Source of the DNA: an uncultured delta proteobacterium | Lineage (GTDB): Bacteria > Desulfobacterota > Desulfobaccia > Desulfobaccales > 0-14-0-80-60-11 | Direction of reading: 5' to 3' | Assembly (NCBI GenBank): GCA_963812015.1 | Contig: CAWETI010000003.1 | Coordinates: forward strand, 1,056,001 to 1,120,000 | DNA: 64,000 bases | Part shown: one piece after another, positions 18,940-31,286 of the stretch | How the letters are laid out: every line of letters starts with the position of its first letter | How positions within the stretch are numbered: the first letter of the stretch is position 1 | Position numbers and translations under genes: made by a program | Notes under the pieces: model-generated | Databases searched by the model: none | The model's input: only the letters and a program-made list of their open reading frames with translations | Told to the model about the DNA's origin: nothing

Positions 18940-19639
18940 GTTTTTTCCTCCGCCGCATAGAAAAGATGGCCTCGGCCAGCAGCAGGTCTTCCGGGGTGGT
19001 GATCTTCAGGTTAAAGGGCGACCCGGTTACCACCGCCACCGGCTGGTGCAGTTCCTCGAGCAAGGAAGCCTCATCGGTGCCATAGAAATCGCGGCTGTAG
19101 GCCTCGGTGAAGGCGCGCCACAACAGGGGCGCCTGGAAGGCCTGGGGGGTCTGAATCTGCCAGATATCCGTGCGTTCCAGGGTCTGGTGCACCTTGCCTT
19201 CGGGAGTTACTCTTTTCAGGGTATCATGGGCCGGCAGCCCCAGGACCGCGCCCCCATGCCGGCGGGCGGCGTCGATGACCTGGCGGATCTGCTCCGGGGT
19301 CACAAAGGGCCGGACCCCGTCGTGCACCAGGATGATTTCCAGCTCATCCTCGTTTTGCAAGGCCTTGAGGGCGTGATAGACGCTGTCCTGGCGTTCTTTG
19401 CCGCCGGGCACCAGGCGCAGGACCTTCTTGAGGTTGTAGGGGGCGATGACGGTTTCCTGGCAGTAGTCCAGATCTTCGGGGTGGACCACCACCGTGACCT
19501 CCCGGATTTCGGGCATGGCCTCGAAGATTTTCAAGGTGTGGGCCAGGATAGGTTTCCCGGCCAGTTGGAGATAAGGCTTGGGGATGTGGTGCCCCATGCG
19601 CTTTCCCACCCCGGCGGCGGCGATAATTGCGGCAATCAT
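18917..19639 (-). CDS. ispD: 2-C-methyl-D-erythritol 4-phosphate cytidylyltransferase
   Basis: AAGVGKRMG, GGKERQDSV, VHDGVRP, QTPQAF, KITTPEDL. Confidence 0.95.
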   Translation of the reverse strand: MIAAIIAAAGVGKRMGHHIPKPYLQLAGKPILAHTLKIFEAMPEIREVTVVVHPEDLDYCQETVIAPYNLKKVLRLVPGGKERQDSVYHALKALQNEDELEIILVHDGVRPFVTPEQIRQVIDAARRHGGAVLGLPAHDTLKRVTPEGKVHQTLERTDIWQIQTPQAFQAPLLWRAFTEAYSRDFYGTDEASLLEELHQPVAVVTGSPFNLKITTPEDLLLAEAIFSMRRRKKHASRPGV

Positions 19640-20559
19640 GAGGGACGCGCCTCTGGTAATCCCTGGCAGGAGACGTAACCGGCCCGCCCGGGCAGACGTT
19701 GGGAGTTGACCTGGGCCACCGGCAGGCCGGCCGGTTCCTTCAGAAGTTCCCGGGCCCAATCCTCCAGCCGGAAAAACTCCACCCGCCGTTCCCGGCAGCG
19801 GGCCAGGAGCCGGGCAAATTCACCCAGGAAGGGCCCGCCTTCCACTTCGGCGTGGATCGTCAGAACCTGGGGCAGCCCATTGTCCAGGCGGGAGAGGACC
19901 AGGCTGGTAAAATCCTGGGAGCGGCAGCCGTGAAAACCCAGGAGTTCATCCAGGGTGGGTAGGGTGGTGGGGATTTCCAGGACCGAGGTCACCGTGTCCC
20001 CGAAAGCGGGAAAGTACGGGGCGGCGCCCCGGGTGTCGCTGGCGTAAAGAAAATTTTGAGCCGCCAGATTGGCGCGGCTGCTCAAACTGCACTGCCAGCC
20101 GGGCGCGGCAAAAGAATAGGCCCGGCGTCCCATAAAGGAAGTATAGGCGTCCTGGGCCAGCGTGATCTCCTGGGCCACCTTGGCCGGGGGGAGGTTGTAA
20201 AGGTGATCGTGCCAGCGCACGTGGTCGTAGCCGTGCAGTCCCACCTCGTGGCCTGCCGCGGCCAGGCGCGGCAGCAGGTGCGGGGCGGCGGCGCCGATCT
20301 TGGGGCCCGGCAGCAGGGTGCCGTAGCACATGGTCTTGAAGCCGTAAAGGGCCGGAGCCCGGGTGCGCCACATCTTTTCCAAAAAACCTCGCTGCCGGAA
20401 GACCCGGAAGATGGCCCGGCCGGAGTGGTCCGGGCCCAGGGCCAGAAAGAAACTGGCCTTGACCTCATGATTGGCCAGGACCTCCATGAGGGCGGGCACC
20501 CCCTTACGAAAACCCTCCAGGGTGTCCACGTCGATTTTTAAACCCAACCGAGGGGCCAC
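19636..20559 (-). CDS. arnD: Undecaprenyl-phosphate-L-Ara4FN deformylase (polysaccharide deacetylase family)
   Basis: LKIDVDT, GPDHSGRA, YGTLLPGP, HGYDHVRW, IPTTLPTLDE, HAEVEG. Confidence 0.85.
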   Translation of the reverse strand: MAPRLGLKIDVDTLEGFRKGVPALMEVLANHEVKASFFLALGPDHSGRAIFRVFRQRGFLEKMWRTRAPALYGFKTMCYGTLLPGPKIGAAAPHLLPRLAAAGHEVGLHGYDHVRWHDHLYNLPPAKVAQEITLAQDAYTSFMGRRAYSFAAPGWQCSLSSRANLAAQNFLYASDTRGAAPYFPAFGDTVTSVLEIPTTLPTLDELLGFHGCRSQDFTSLVLSRLDNGLPQVLTIHAEVEGGPFLGEFARLLARCRERRVEFFRLEDWARELLKEPAGLPVAQVNSQRLPGRAGYVSCQGLPEARPS

Positions 20560-20585
20560 ATTATCTCCTGCCGGGCTTCTCCCCG

Positions 20586-20614
20586 GTAGGGGCGGGTTTT
20601 AAACCCGCCCCTAC
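20586..20614. repeat. GTAG-type REP palindrome
   Basis: GTAGGGGCGGGTTTTAAACCCGCCCCTAC. Confidence 0.75.
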
Positions 20615-20615
20615 G

Positions 20616-21647
20616 CTATACCGGCGCCGTCTTGGCCTCTTTGAGGAAGGCGTCCAGGGTGATCTGAAGCGACGTGGTCAGGTCGGTAACGGGCTCCCAG
20701 CCCAGGAGTTCCCGGGCCTTGGCGATGGACGGCTTGCGGCTGGTAATGTCCTGGTAGCCTTTGCCGTAATAGTCCTCATGGCGCGTCTCCACGATCTCCG
20801 AGTAGCCCCCGTCATGCTTATGGTCCGGGTGAGCCTTGAAGAGGTCTCGTAAGAGATGAGCCAGCTCTTTGACCGAGGCTTCGTTCTCGGGGTTGCCGAT
20901 GTTGAAAATCTGGCTATCGGCGACGCCGCCCGGGTTTTCGATGATCCGCATCAGGCAGTCGATACCGTCTTCCACATAGGTGAAGCAGCGTTTCTGATGG
21001 CCGCCATCCACCAGCAAGATGGGCTCCCGCTGGAGGAGGTTGAGGACGAACTGGGTCACCACTCGGGAACTCCCCTCTTTAGCGGCGTAGAGGTCGTCCA
21101 GCTTCGGGCCGATCCAGTTAAAGGGTCGGAAAAGGGTGAACCGGAGCTGCCCGGCCTCGCCGTAGGCCCAGATGACCCGGTCCAGGAGCTGCTTGGAACA
21201 GCTGTAAATCCAGCGCTGCTTGTGGATGGGACCCAGCACCAGGGTGCTGTGGTCTTCGGAAAACTCCGCGTCCGGGGACATGCCGTAGACTTCGGAGGTG
21301 GAGGGAAAGATGATGCGGGTGCCATATTTGACGCACTGGCGGACGATGCGCAGGTTTTCCTCAAAGTCCAGCTCGAACACCCGCAGAGGCTGCTTGACAT
21401 AGGTCATGGGGGTGGCGATGGCCACCAGGGGCAGGACTACGTCGCACTTCCTGATGTGATATTCGATCCACTCCTTGTTGATGGCAATGTCGCCTTCCAG
21501 GAAGTGGAACCGGGGGTGGTCCAAGGACTCATCCAGCTTGTTGGAGTGGAGGTCCATGCCATAGACCTCCCAGTCCCGGGTAGTGAGGATGCGCCGGGTC
21601 AGGGCGTTGCCGATGAAGCCGTTGACGCCTAAGATCAGGATTTTCAT
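20616..21647 (-). CDS. arnA: UDP-glucuronic acid oxidase/decarboxylase (stand-alone ArnA C-terminal domain)
   Basis: [43 protein letters not shown]. Confidence 0.9.
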   Translation of the reverse strand: MKILILGVNGFIGNALTRRILTTRDWEVYGMDLHSNKLDESLDHPRFHFLEGDIAINKEWIEYHIRKCDVVLPLVAIATPMTYVKQPLRVFELDFEENLRIVRQCVKYGTRIIFPSTSEVYGMSPDAEFSEDHSTLVLGPIHKQRWIYSCSKQLLDRVIWAYGEAGQLRFTLFRPFNWIGPKLDDLYAAKEGSSRVVTQFVLNLLQREPILLVDGGHQKRCFTYVEDGIDCLMRIIENPGGVADSQIFNIGNPENEASVKELAHLLRDLFKAHPDHKHDGGYSEIVETRHEDYYGKGYQDITSRKPSIAKARELLGWEPVTDLTTSLQITLDAFLKEAKTAPV

Positions 21648-21672
21648 GCGTTCCCTATTCAATTGTAGTCAT

Positions 21673-21765
21673 GTAGGGTGGGCACTGCCCACCCTACATT
21701 TTCTTTTGTAGCGGCGGACCCATGTGTCCGCCCTTTTGAGGGCGCACCCGCGGGTGCGCCCCTAC
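21673..21765. repeat. Cluster of GTAG-type REP palindromes
   Basis: GTAGGGTGGGCACTGCCCACCCTAC; GTAGCGGCGGACCCATGTGTCCGCC; GGGCGCACCCGCGGGTGCGCCCCTAC. Confidence 0.75.
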
Positions 21766-22703
21766 GAAAAATTTTGCCCCACCAGGTGTTCCCAGGTGGC
21801 CAACACCGGCCCCAAAAATTCCGGTTCGCCCTCCCATTGGGCCTGGGTGATGAGGAAGTGCCCCGCGCCCGTGGCCACCAGCAAGCCCTCTCCCGGCACC
21901 CCGGCCGTCACCTGGCCGGGCTCAACCGGCCCCGTGACCGGGGCTGCCATGATCTGGCCGGCCCAGACCAAGAGCTTCCGGCCCTGGAAAAAAGTAAAGG
22001 CGCCGGGGTAGGGATGGGTCACGGCCCGGACCAGATTATAGGTTTGCAGGGCCGAATGCCGCCAGTCAATGAGGCCGTCCCCGGGGGTGCGGCCGCCGTA
22101 ATAGGAGGCCCGGGCGTGGTCCTGGCTCAGGCGAGGGGCGGCGCCGGCCCGCAGCAAAGGGTAGGCTTCCCGCATCAGCGCCTGGGCCGCCACCGTCATT
22201 TTGGCGAACAGGGTCAAGGCCGTGTCTTCGAAGGTGATGGGGACGCGCTGAAAGCCCACGATGTCGCCCTGGTCGGCCTTGGCCTCCATATAGTGGAGGG
22301 TCACCCCGGTTTCGGCCTCGCCGTGGACCAGGACCCAGTTGAGGGGGCAGCGGCCCCGGTACCGGGGGAGGAGGCTGCCGTGGAGGTTCAAGGCCCCCAG
22401 GCGGGGGAGGTCCAGCAGGGGCGGTTTCAGCATGTGGCGATAATAGCACGAAAAGAGCCAATCTGGTTGTAAAGCCTGCATGACGGCCACGAAGGCCGGG
22501 TCATTGGGATTGGCCGGCTGGTAGACCGGCAGGTAGTTCTCGAAGGCCAACTGCCGCACCGAGGCGAACCAGATATTTTCCTTGGGGTCGTCAGCGTGGG
22601 TGACCACCGCGGCGATCTCATCGCCTAACCTGCGGCTCAGCTCGATCAAGGCTTCCAGGCAGACATAGCCGATATTGTGGTAACCCATAAAGATGATGCG
22701 CAT
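21762..22703 (-). CDS. arnA: UDP-L-Ara4N formyltransferase (stand-alone ArnA N-terminal domain)
   Basis: FMGYHNIG, ENIWF, NLHGSLLPRYRG, RAVTHPYPGAF. Confidence 0.9.
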   Translation of the reverse strand: MRIIFMGYHNIGYVCLEALIELSRRLGDEIAAVVTHADDPKENIWFASVRQLAFENYLPVYQPANPNDPAFVAVMQALQPDWLFSCYYRHMLKPPLLDLPRLGALNLHGSLLPRYRGRCPLNWVLVHGEAETGVTLHYMEAKADQGDIVGFQRVPITFEDTALTLFAKMTVAAQALMREAYPLLRAGAAPRLSQDHARASYYGGRTPGDGLIDWRHSALQTYNLVRAVTHPYPGAFTFFQGRKLLVWAGQIMAAPVTGPVEPGQVTAGVPGEGLLVATGAGHFLITQAQWEGEPEFLGPVLATWEHLVGQNFS

Positions 22704-22841
22704 GTGGCGATAAGTCTCCGGTCGGATGGTGAGGGCACCGCTGGGGTTAAGGAGAAGCGCTGCCCCTTACGTGTCCCGGCCATGGCTGCGATCTTCGCCC
22801 TTATTATACCGGATTTTATGGCAGGGGAAAGCAGAGATTCC

Positions 22842-23813
22842 TCAGGGCTCCGGTCCTAGGGTCTGGCGGATGATGAAGCGGGGGCGGCCGCGCACCTCCC
22901 GGTAGATGCGGCCGACGTATTCACCGATGAGGGCCAGGGCCAGGGTGTTCAAGCCCACAAAGACGAAGAGGATGGCGAAAAGAGTGAACACCCCGCCCAC
23001 TTCCGGTCCCACGAAGATCCGCCGGATGATCAGGAAGAGGCCGAAGAGCAGCCCCAGGAGGGCGATGGCCATCCCCATGAACCCCACCAGGTGAATGGGC
23101 AGATTGGAGAACCCGGTCATCAGGTCGAAGTTGAGGCGGAGGAGCTTGAAGAGGCTGTACTTGGACTGGCCCCGCTCCCGCTCGGCGTGGCCCACGGGGA
23201 TTTCCGCCACCCGGTGGGAAAACAGGTTGGCCAGGGCGGGGATGAAACTGGAAGATTCCTGGCACTGGTTGATGCTGTCCACCACCCCCCGGCGATAGGC
23301 CCGGAGCATGCAGCCGTAGTCCCGGAGTTTGACCCCGGTGACCCGGGACATGACGTAGTTCACCAGTTGGGACGGAAGTCTCCGGAAAAGGGAATCCTGG
23401 CGGTCCTCCCGCCAGCCCCCCACGGTATCGTAGCCCTCTTCCAGCTTGGCCACCAGGCGGGGAATCTCCTCGGGGGGGTTTTGCAGGTCGGCGTCCAGGG
23501 TGACCATCACCTGGCCCCGGGCCGCCTGAAACCCGGCAAATATGGCCGGGTGCTGCCCGAAGTTGCGGTGGAATTGCAGGGCCCGGATGTACTGCGGATA
23601 TTGTCCGTTCAGCTCGGTCAAGAGTTCCCAGGAGCGGTCGGTGGAGCCGTCGTCCACAAAGATAATTTCAAAGGGCCGGCCCATGCCGGTGAGGGTGCGG
23701 ATCAACCTCTCCCCCAACTGCCGGAGATTGTCTTCTTCGTTGAACACGGGGATAACCACGGAGATATCCGGGAGAGGGGAAGGCTCGCTCAAGGGGAGGA
23801 TTTGAGTGGACAT
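22842..23813 (-). CDS. arnC: Undecaprenyl-phosphate L-Ara4FN transferase (GT2)
   Basis: VDDGSTD, RNFGQH, DADLQNPPEEIP, DYGCMLRAY; two C-terminal TM helices. Confidence 0.85.
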   Translation of the reverse strand: MSTQILPLSEPSPLPDISVVIPVFNEEDNLRQLGERLIRTLTGMGRPFEIIFVDDGSTDRSWELLTELNGQYPQYIRALQFHRNFGQHPAIFAGFQAARGQVMVTLDADLQNPPEEIPRLVAKLEEGYDTVGGWREDRQDSLFRRLPSQLVNYVMSRVTGVKLRDYGCMLRAYRRGVVDSINQCQESSSFIPALANLFSHRVAEIPVGHAERERGQSKYSLFKLLRLNFDLMTGFSNLPIHLVGFMGMAIALLGLLFGLFLIIRRIFVGPEVGGVFTLFAILFVFVGLNTLALALIGEYVGRIYREVRGRPRFIIRQTLGPEP

Positions 23814-23957
23814 GGCTCCTTACCTTTTCGGACCGGATGAGGAACTGGGAGACCGATTTCTCCGCAAGGCGGCCGGGCCGCCGCCCCCACCAAGGGGAAT
23901 GCTTGCATCTTATGCGGCGGAGGGCTTCATGTAAAGGGGGAACCGGTTTTCAGTCCG

Positions 23958-23991
23958 AAAAAAAAATCCACCGGCACTGATGGACCGGTGG
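23958..23991 (-). terminator. Intrinsic terminator after rnpB
   Basis: CCACCGG..CCGGTGG stem followed by a T-run on the minus strand. Confidence 0.7.
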
Positions 23992-24003
23992 TCCCAAAGG
24001 AGG

Positions 24004-24368
24004 CGCGAAGCAGGCCGTAAGCCGAGTTCTGTCCCGGGTTGCCCCGGTGATGATCATTCCTCTAGGACCCCGGTTACCCGGGGCCTCCAGCAACCTACCC
24101 GGGAGCTTCGGGCGGGCCACCCTCAAACGCTCCCCTATTTGGTCTTGCTCCAGGTGGGGTTTTCCAAGCCGGCAATGTCGCCACTGCCGCTGGTGAGCTC
24201 TTACCTCACCCTTTCACCCTTACCGTGGACGTACCACGGCGGTCTGGTCTCTGAGGCACTTTCCCTAGGGTTGCCCCCGCTGGGCGTTACCCAGCACCCT
24301 GCCCTGTGGAGCTCGGACTTTCCTCCGGCGGCTCAAAGGCCGCCGGCGATCATCTGGCCTGCTTCGCG
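24004..24368 (-). ncRNA. rnpB: RNase P RNA (bacterial type A)
   Basis: GAGGAAAGTCCGAGCTCC and ACAGAACTCGGCTTA conserved boxes; paired ends CGCGAAGCAGGCC/GGCCTGCTTCGCG. Confidence 0.97.
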
Positions 24369-24424
24369 ACCCTGTGGGGTCAAAAATTTCGGGGCGCCGG
24401 GAAAAATTACCCCATTATTATATT

Positions 24425-24976
24425 TTACCTCACCGCCGCCTTTTGGTCAATGGCCCGGTTAGCCGCCTCGTCGGCCAGGCGGTTTTCCTCCCGGGGCACA
24501 TGGGCGATGGCATAGGCGGCAAAATTTTTCAGGGCCTGGAGAGCTTCGTGCCACAAGGGGAGGAGGTGGGGGCTTTTCACCCGGTAACGGCCGGTGAGTT
24601 GCTTCACCATGAGTTCGGAATCGGCGAAGATCCGGAGCTTCTGCACTTCCAGCTTCCGGGCTTCTTCCAGGCCCAGGAGCAGGGCCTGGTATTCCGCCAC
24701 ATTGTTGGTGGTTTCTCCCAGGTAGCGCCCGGTGTCGACCCGGAGGCGCCCCTGGGGGTCATGCAAGACTATCCCGGCGCCGGCGGGCCCGGGATTGCCC
24801 CGGGAGGCCCCGTCACAGTGGAGGCGCCAGAAGCCCTCCTCCCGCACCCGATAGAGATCGGCGGCATCCCGGAACAACTCCTGGAGAGTTTCGGGGGTCA
24901 GTCCGAAGCGCTCCCGGACCCCGGCAAGGTCCAGTCCCTGGGCCAGCGCGGCAAAGATGGCGGCGCGCTTGCTCAA
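24425..24976 (-). CDS. rnhA: Ribonuclease HI family protein with N-terminal extension
   Basis: DGASRGNPGPAG, TNNVAEY, DSEL, HVPREENRLAD. Confidence 0.85.
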   Translation of the reverse strand: MSKRAAIFAALAQGLDLAGVRERFGLTPETLQELFRDAADLYRVREEGFWRLHCDGASRGNPGPAGAGIVLHDPQGRLRVDTGRYLGETTNNVAEYQALLLGLEEARKLEVQKLRIFADSELMVKQLTGRYRVKSPHLLPLWHEALQALKNFAAYAIAHVPREENRLADEAANRAIDQKAAVR

Positions 24977-24994
24977 CCCGCCTCCCTGGCCGCC

Positions 24995-25738
24995 TCAGGA
25001 GGCATGCTGTTCGCTAGCTTCCCCTTCTTCGCCCTCATCGGCCCAGTAGAGGATGCGCTGACAATGGGGGCACTGCAAAATCTCCAGCCCTTTCTGCAGG
25101 TCAATGAACTGCTGGGGGAGAATGTTCATGTGACAGCCCAGGCAGACGCCTTCATGCACCGGGGCGACGGCGTTGCCGTCGCGCCGCTGGCGGATGAATT
25201 CATAGCGTTTCAAGAGGGAGGCGGGCACCCCTTTGCGCTGCTTTTTGCGCTTTTCCTCCAGTTTGGCGAGCTCCCGCTGCAATTCGCCCAACTGGGCCGC
25301 CACTTCCTGGCGAAGTTTGGCCAGGACCGTATCCTGTTCCTCCACCTGGCCTTGCAGATCGGCGATGAGGCGGTTCTGGGTTTCCATGAGATCCATGAAT
25401 TCCAGGAGCCGGGTCTCCCGCTGGTCCCGCTGATCCTCTTTAAAGGCGATCTCCTTGATCATCGCTTTGTATTCGATGTTGCTCTTGATCTCCATGAGGC
25501 GCTGGCGGCTGGTTTTGATGCTTTCCTCCATTTCCGCCATTTCCATTTCCGTGTCCCGGCGCCGGGCCTTAATATCCTCCAACTCCTGGAGCAGAGCGGC
25601 CTGCCCGGCTTTCAGCTCTTCTAAGGCTGCCTCGCCGGCCTTCAGTTCTTCAGGGAGCCGTTCCAACCCCTGGGTGACTTCCCGGATCACCTTGTCGATT
25701 TCCTGGACATCGATGAGTTTACTTAACTCCGTAAGCAA
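24995..25738 (-). CDS. Coiled-coil C4 zinc-ribbon protein (DUF164)
   Basis: Long coiled coil, then CLGCH...CPHCQRIL; nif3-DUF164-rnhA-rnpB order. Confidence 0.85.
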   Translation of the reverse strand: MLTELSKLIDVQEIDKVIREVTQGLERLPEELKAGEAALEELKAGQAALLQELEDIKARRRDTEMEMAEMEESIKTSRQRLMEIKSNIEYKAMIKEIAFKEDQRDQRETRLLEFMDLMETQNRLIADLQGQVEEQDTVLAKLRQEVAAQLGELQRELAKLEEKRKKQRKGVPASLLKRYEFIRQRRDGNAVAPVHEGVCLGCHMNILPQQFIDLQKGLEILQCPHCQRILYWADEGEEGEASEQHAS

Positions 25739-25856
25739 GTTTCAACCTCCGTATTTCGTCACGCTGTTTGGCATTATTCCCCGGTGGGGCCGGGCGCTGG
25801 GGGCGCGGCCGCCGGAAATCATGGTTACAGTCATGGTTATCAACAATAGGGTCGCC

Positions 25857-26975
25857 TCACCGGTAGCAGCATGGGGGGGCCTGGGTGGCCGCCACCATGA
25901 CCTCGAGCCGCAGGTTCGCCTCCTGGAACAGCTCCCGGAGCTGCCGGGTCCAGGGTTCCATAAACACCACTTCGCTGGCAAAATGGCCCACCGCCACCAC
26001 GGCAAAGTCCTCGGCAAGCCCCGGTGGGACTTGGTGATGGCGGACTTCCCCGGTCAGGTAGATCTGGGCGTCCCGGCCCAGGGCGTCGGCCAGGAGGTCG
26101 CCGCCACTGCCGCTGCACAACGCCAGGCGCTGCACCTGTTGGGGGGGGCTCCCCCAGACCTGCACGGTTTCAACCCCGAAAATCTGCTTCACCGCGGCGA
26201 TCACCTGGGAAAACGGCCGTGGTTCGGGCCAGGCGCCGATGCGGCCCAAACCCAGGGGGGTGCCTGGATGCCGCACGGGATAGAGGTCGTAGGCCACTTC
26301 CTCGTAAGGGTGGACCTCCTTCAGGCGCGCCAGGGCCCCGGGCAGCAGGGACTCGGGGGCCAGGATTTCCAGGCGGAACTCCTCGGCCCGGGATAGTTGC
26401 CCGACCTCGCCCTGGAAGGGCTGCGCCCCCGGGAGGGGACGATAGGCGCCCTGTCCCGGAGAGGTAAAAGAACAGTGGGAATACCGGCCGATGACCCCCA
26501 GGCCGGCGTCCCCCAGGGCCTGGCGGACCCGGTCCTCATAGCCCGCCGGCACGAACACCACCAGCTTGTACCAGGGGTCCCGGGTGGTGGGCGTCAGGAC
26601 CTCCACCCCGGTCAGTTCCAGTTTCTGGGCCAGGTAGTCGTTGAGCCCGCCGGGGGCGATATCCAGATTGGTGTGGCAAGACACCATGGCCAGCCCGGCC
26701 CGGAGCAGAGCGGCCAGCAGCCGGCCCCCGGGGCGATCTTCCCGTACGTCTTTAAGGGGCTGGTAGAGGAGGGGGTGGTGGGTCAGGAGCAGTTGGGCGC
26801 CCCTGTGGCCGGCCTCGGCGACAATGGCCGGGGTGGCCTCCAAAGCCACCAGGATGGCCTCAACCTGGTGCCCGGGATGTCCCACTTCAAGCCCCACCCG
26901 GTCGCCGGTTACGGCCCACGCCGATGGATAGCGGCTTTCCAGCAGGTTGACGATGTCTTGCAGCAGCTCGCTCAT
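25857..26975 (-). CDS. Nif3-like dinuclear metal-center protein (YqfO type)
   Basis: THHPL, HTNLD, HPYEEVAYD, GHFASE. Confidence 0.9.
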   Translation of the reverse strand: MSELLQDIVNLLESRYPSAWAVTGDRVGLEVGHPGHQVEAILVALEATPAIVAEAGHRGAQLLLTHHPLLYQPLKDVREDRPGGRLLAALLRAGLAMVSCHTNLDIAPGGLNDYLAQKLELTGVEVLTPTTRDPWYKLVVFVPAGYEDRVRQALGDAGLGVIGRYSHCSFTSPGQGAYRPLPGAQPFQGEVGQLSRAEEFRLEILAPESLLPGALARLKEVHPYEEVAYDLYPVRHPGTPLGLGRIGAWPEPRPFSQVIAAVKQIFGVETVQVWGSPPQQVQRLALCSGSGGDLLADALGRDAQIYLTGEVRHHQVPPGLAEDFAVVAVGHFASEVVFMEPWTRQLRELFQEANLRLEVMVAATQAPPCCYR

Positions 26976-26982
26976 AGAACAT

Positions 26983-27009
26983 AAAAAAGGGGTGCGCAAA
27001 GAGCACCCC
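26983..27009 (-). terminator. Intrinsic terminator after tRNA-Ile2
   Basis: GGGGTGC..GCACCCC followed by TTTTTT on the minus strand. Confidence 0.65.
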
Positions 27010-27074
27010 CGGGGATAAACCCCTGTGGAATTGCGGCTCTAGATTGTTCTCGCAAAATACTGCTCCCGGAAGCC

Positions 27075-27150
27075 TGGTGGGCCCACCCGGATTTGAACCA
27101 GGGACCGTCCGGTTATGAGCCGGTTGCTCTAACCGCTGAGCTATGGGCCC
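27075..27150 (-). tRNA. tRNA-Ile2 (CAT anticodon, lysidine type)
   Basis: GGGCCCATAGCTCAGCGGTTAGAGCAACCGGCTCATAACCGG...GGTTCAAATCC...CCCACCA; lies downstream of rpoD. Confidence 0.9.
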
Positions 27151-27224
27151 GCGTATGGCAGTCACCGGGGGGGCACCCCTTCAGGGTCTGGCCCATGTGC
27201 CTGCGTCTGCCCCCCACCTGAGTT

Positions 27225-27252
27225 ATTATACCTCTCCTCCCCAATTCTTCAA
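27225..27252 (-). promoter_or_regulatory. sigma70 promoter for the tRNA
   Basis: TTGAAG-N16-TATAAT. Confidence 0.6.
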
Positions 27253-27278
27253 GAGCAAGACCCTAGTCAGGGGCAAAA

Positions 27279-29006
<1,728 letters not shown>

Positions 29007-29022
29007 CCATTCTCTCCTTTTG

Positions 29023-30777
29023 CTATACAGCCGATAGGTCTTTCAATTGCTGATCGATTGCCCGCCACTGAACCTGCAAGGCCACCAGGTCGTCATCCCC
29101 GAGCGCCTTTGCCATCATGGCTTTCAACCTGGTCTGGGCATTCTTGAGGTGCCTTAACTTAAGATTCCGACGCCATTTGTCGGCCAGAAAATCCCCCAAG
29201 GGACCGCGTGAGTCGTCCTCCTCTAAGGTCAGCGCACAGATGTGCTGCCGTTGGGTTTCTCCCGGCGCCTGCTGGACCAGGAGGCCATGATCCAATCTGC
29301 CGTGTTCCCGATAACTATTGATGATTAGTTCTAAAAGCCCTTTTAAATCAAGGTTCTTGAACTCCGCAACCCACTCTTCCAACTCCTCCGGGGTCACGGC
29401 TTCCGGGTGGCCCAGGACCCATCGCAGCAGCTTTCTCTCCTGGTCTACGAGAATGCCCCGGGTTGGGTCCAGCCGGGCGGCCGAGATGGGGGCCAGGGAG
29501 GTGAGGCTCCGGCGCAGGGCCGCCTGGTCCACCCCCAACCGCTCGCCGGCCTTCTTAAGCCACAGGTCCTGTTCCACCGGGTCCGTCAGGGCCTGGACGT
29601 AGGGGCGCAGTTCCTCCAAGACCCGCACCCGGCCTTCGATATCCAGGCCGTGGGTGGCGATGAGGTCTTCCAGGAGGTAGCTGAACCAGGGGTGGGCCGA
29701 CTCCCAGGCCGTGCGGAATAATTCCGCCCCGTGGGCCTGGGCGTAACTGTCCGGGTCCAGCCCGGCCGGCAGGGGCAGGGCCCGCACCGCCAGGTTCTCC
29801 TGGGCGAACAGGGGGAAGGCCCGCTTCATGGCCCGGGCTCCCGCCGCGTCGCCGTCATAGACCAGCACCACTCTTTCCGCCAGGGACTTCAGGAGCCGGG
29901 CCTGCTCCCGGGTCAGGGCCGTGCCCAGGGTGGCCAAAACATTGCCGATGCCGTGCACCTGGAGGGCGATGAGGTCGAGATACCCCTCCACCACCAGGGC
30001 CACCCCGGTGGCCCGCAGGGCCTCGGCCGCCTGGGGTAGCCCATAGAGGGTGCGCCCCTTGGAGTACAAAAAACTTTCCGGGGAGTTGAGGTACTTGGGC
30101 TCACCCTCGCCGATGATCCGGCCGCCGAAGGCGATGACCCGGCTCTGCCGGTCGAAGATGGGGAAGATGATGCGGTTCCGGAAGCGGTCATAAAAACCGC
30201 CATGGGTCCGGGGCGCCAAGAGCCCCACTTCCTGGGCCAGCTCCAGGGAGATGCCCCGGTTCTGGAAGTGGCGGCGCAAAGCGTCCCACTCATCCAGGGC
30301 ATAGCCCAATTGAAAGGCCCGGATGATCTCAGGGGTGAGGCCGCGTTTTTTGAGATAGGCCCGGCCCGGGATGCCCTGGGAACTCGCCAGGGTGGCGGCA
30401 TAGAAGGCCGCGGCCGCGGCGTTGGCCTCATACGCCTGGGTGCGTTTTTTGGCCTGCTGGGCCCCCTCCGGGCCCAATTCCTTTAAGGACAAAGGGATGC
30501 CGTAGCGCCGGGCCAGCTCCTGGACCGCCTCGGGGAAGCTCAGGCGGTGGTACTGCATGAGAAAGGAAAAGACGTTGCCGCCGGCGCCGCAGCCGAAACA
30601 GTGGAAGATGCCCTTCTCCGGCGCCACCGTGAAGGAGGGGGCGGTGTCGGCATGGAAGGGGCAGAGGCCCAGGAGATTTTTGCCCTTTTGGGTCAACTTG
30701 ACGTACTGGCCCACCACCTCCTCGATGGAGGCGGCGTCTTTGATCTCCAGGAGCTTGTCTTCCGGGATGAACGCCAT
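29023..30777 (-). CDS. dnaG: DNA primase
   Basis: CPFH...CFGC, FGGR, KYLNSPE, EGYLD, DGDAAG. Confidence 0.96.
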   Translation of the reverse strand: MAFIPEDKLLEIKDAASIEEVVGQYVKLTQKGKNLLGLCPFHADTAPSFTVAPEKGIFHCFGCGAGGNVFSFLMQYHRLSFPEAVQELARRYGIPLSLKELGPEGAQQAKKRTQAYEANAAAAAFYAATLASSQGIPGRAYLKKRGLTPEIIRAFQLGYALDEWDALRRHFQNRGISLELAQEVGLLAPRTHGGFYDRFRNRIIFPIFDRQSRVIAFGGRIIGEGEPKYLNSPESFLYSKGRTLYGLPQAAEALRATGVALVVEGYLDLIALQVHGIGNVLATLGTALTREQARLLKSLAERVVLVYDGDAAGARAMKRAFPLFAQENLAVRALPLPAGLDPDSYAQAHGAELFRTAWESAHPWFSYLLEDLIATHGLDIEGRVRVLEELRPYVQALTDPVEQDLWLKKAGERLGVDQAALRRSLTSLAPISAARLDPTRGILVDQERKLLRWVLGHPEAVTPEELEEWVAEFKNLDLKGLLELIINSYREHGRLDHGLLVQQAPGETQRQHICALTLEEDDSRGPLGDFLADKWRRNLKLRHLKNAQTRLKAMMAKALGDDDLVALQVQWRAIDQQLKDLSAV

Positions 30778-30816
30778 GGTTAGTTGCCAGTATTCAGTGG
30801 CCAGTGGCCAGTTGAA

Positions 30817-30913
30817 GGGGCGGGGTAACCCCGCCCTTACGGGGTTCCTGTTTCTTCTTGGTGGGTCGGGCCTCCGTGCCCGCCTCATCAATGGTGGGCA
30901 GTGCCCACCCTAC
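30817..30913. repeat. Two REP-like palindromes
   Basis: GGGGCGGGGTAACCCCGCCCTTAC and GGTGGGCAGTGCCCACCCTAC. Confidence 0.7.
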
Positions 30914-31286
30914 ATCTTAATATCCTCTTCATCTTTATTTTCGTTTCCAAGCACAGCTTGGGAACCAGGGGTGAAATTTCATTCTTTTCTGGTCATGATT
31001 GATCCGGGTTATCACCCGAGCACAATGACCGATCATGAAATAAACTAGTCTATCTCTGTTGGTCTTTCTGAACAAAATCCCTACTTGACAATTACATCGG
31101 ATGAATCGTGAGCTATCTTTAGTACTGAATATAACCTTATCAAAAATAACTTTGCTACTTTTTTCTGGTCTGATAATATCTCTTTCACCGCGCCATTAAG
31201 GAGCTCATCATTGCTTTGGTCTCTCAAACAGGAGCATGGAACACAGGGTTAAGCAGGTGGCGTTTGCTTCCTCTTCGCCTTTCCCC

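Noticed and set aside
19636..23813. Split arnA as a novelty
   Set aside because: Separate formyltransferase and decarboxylase genes are known in other bacteria; arnB and arnT may lie elsewhere.
27075..27150. tRNA-Met or fMet call for the CAT anticodon
   Set aside because: The 1-72 pair is intact and the fMet GGG/CCC anticodon stem is absent; acceptor sequence and rpoD context fit Ile2.
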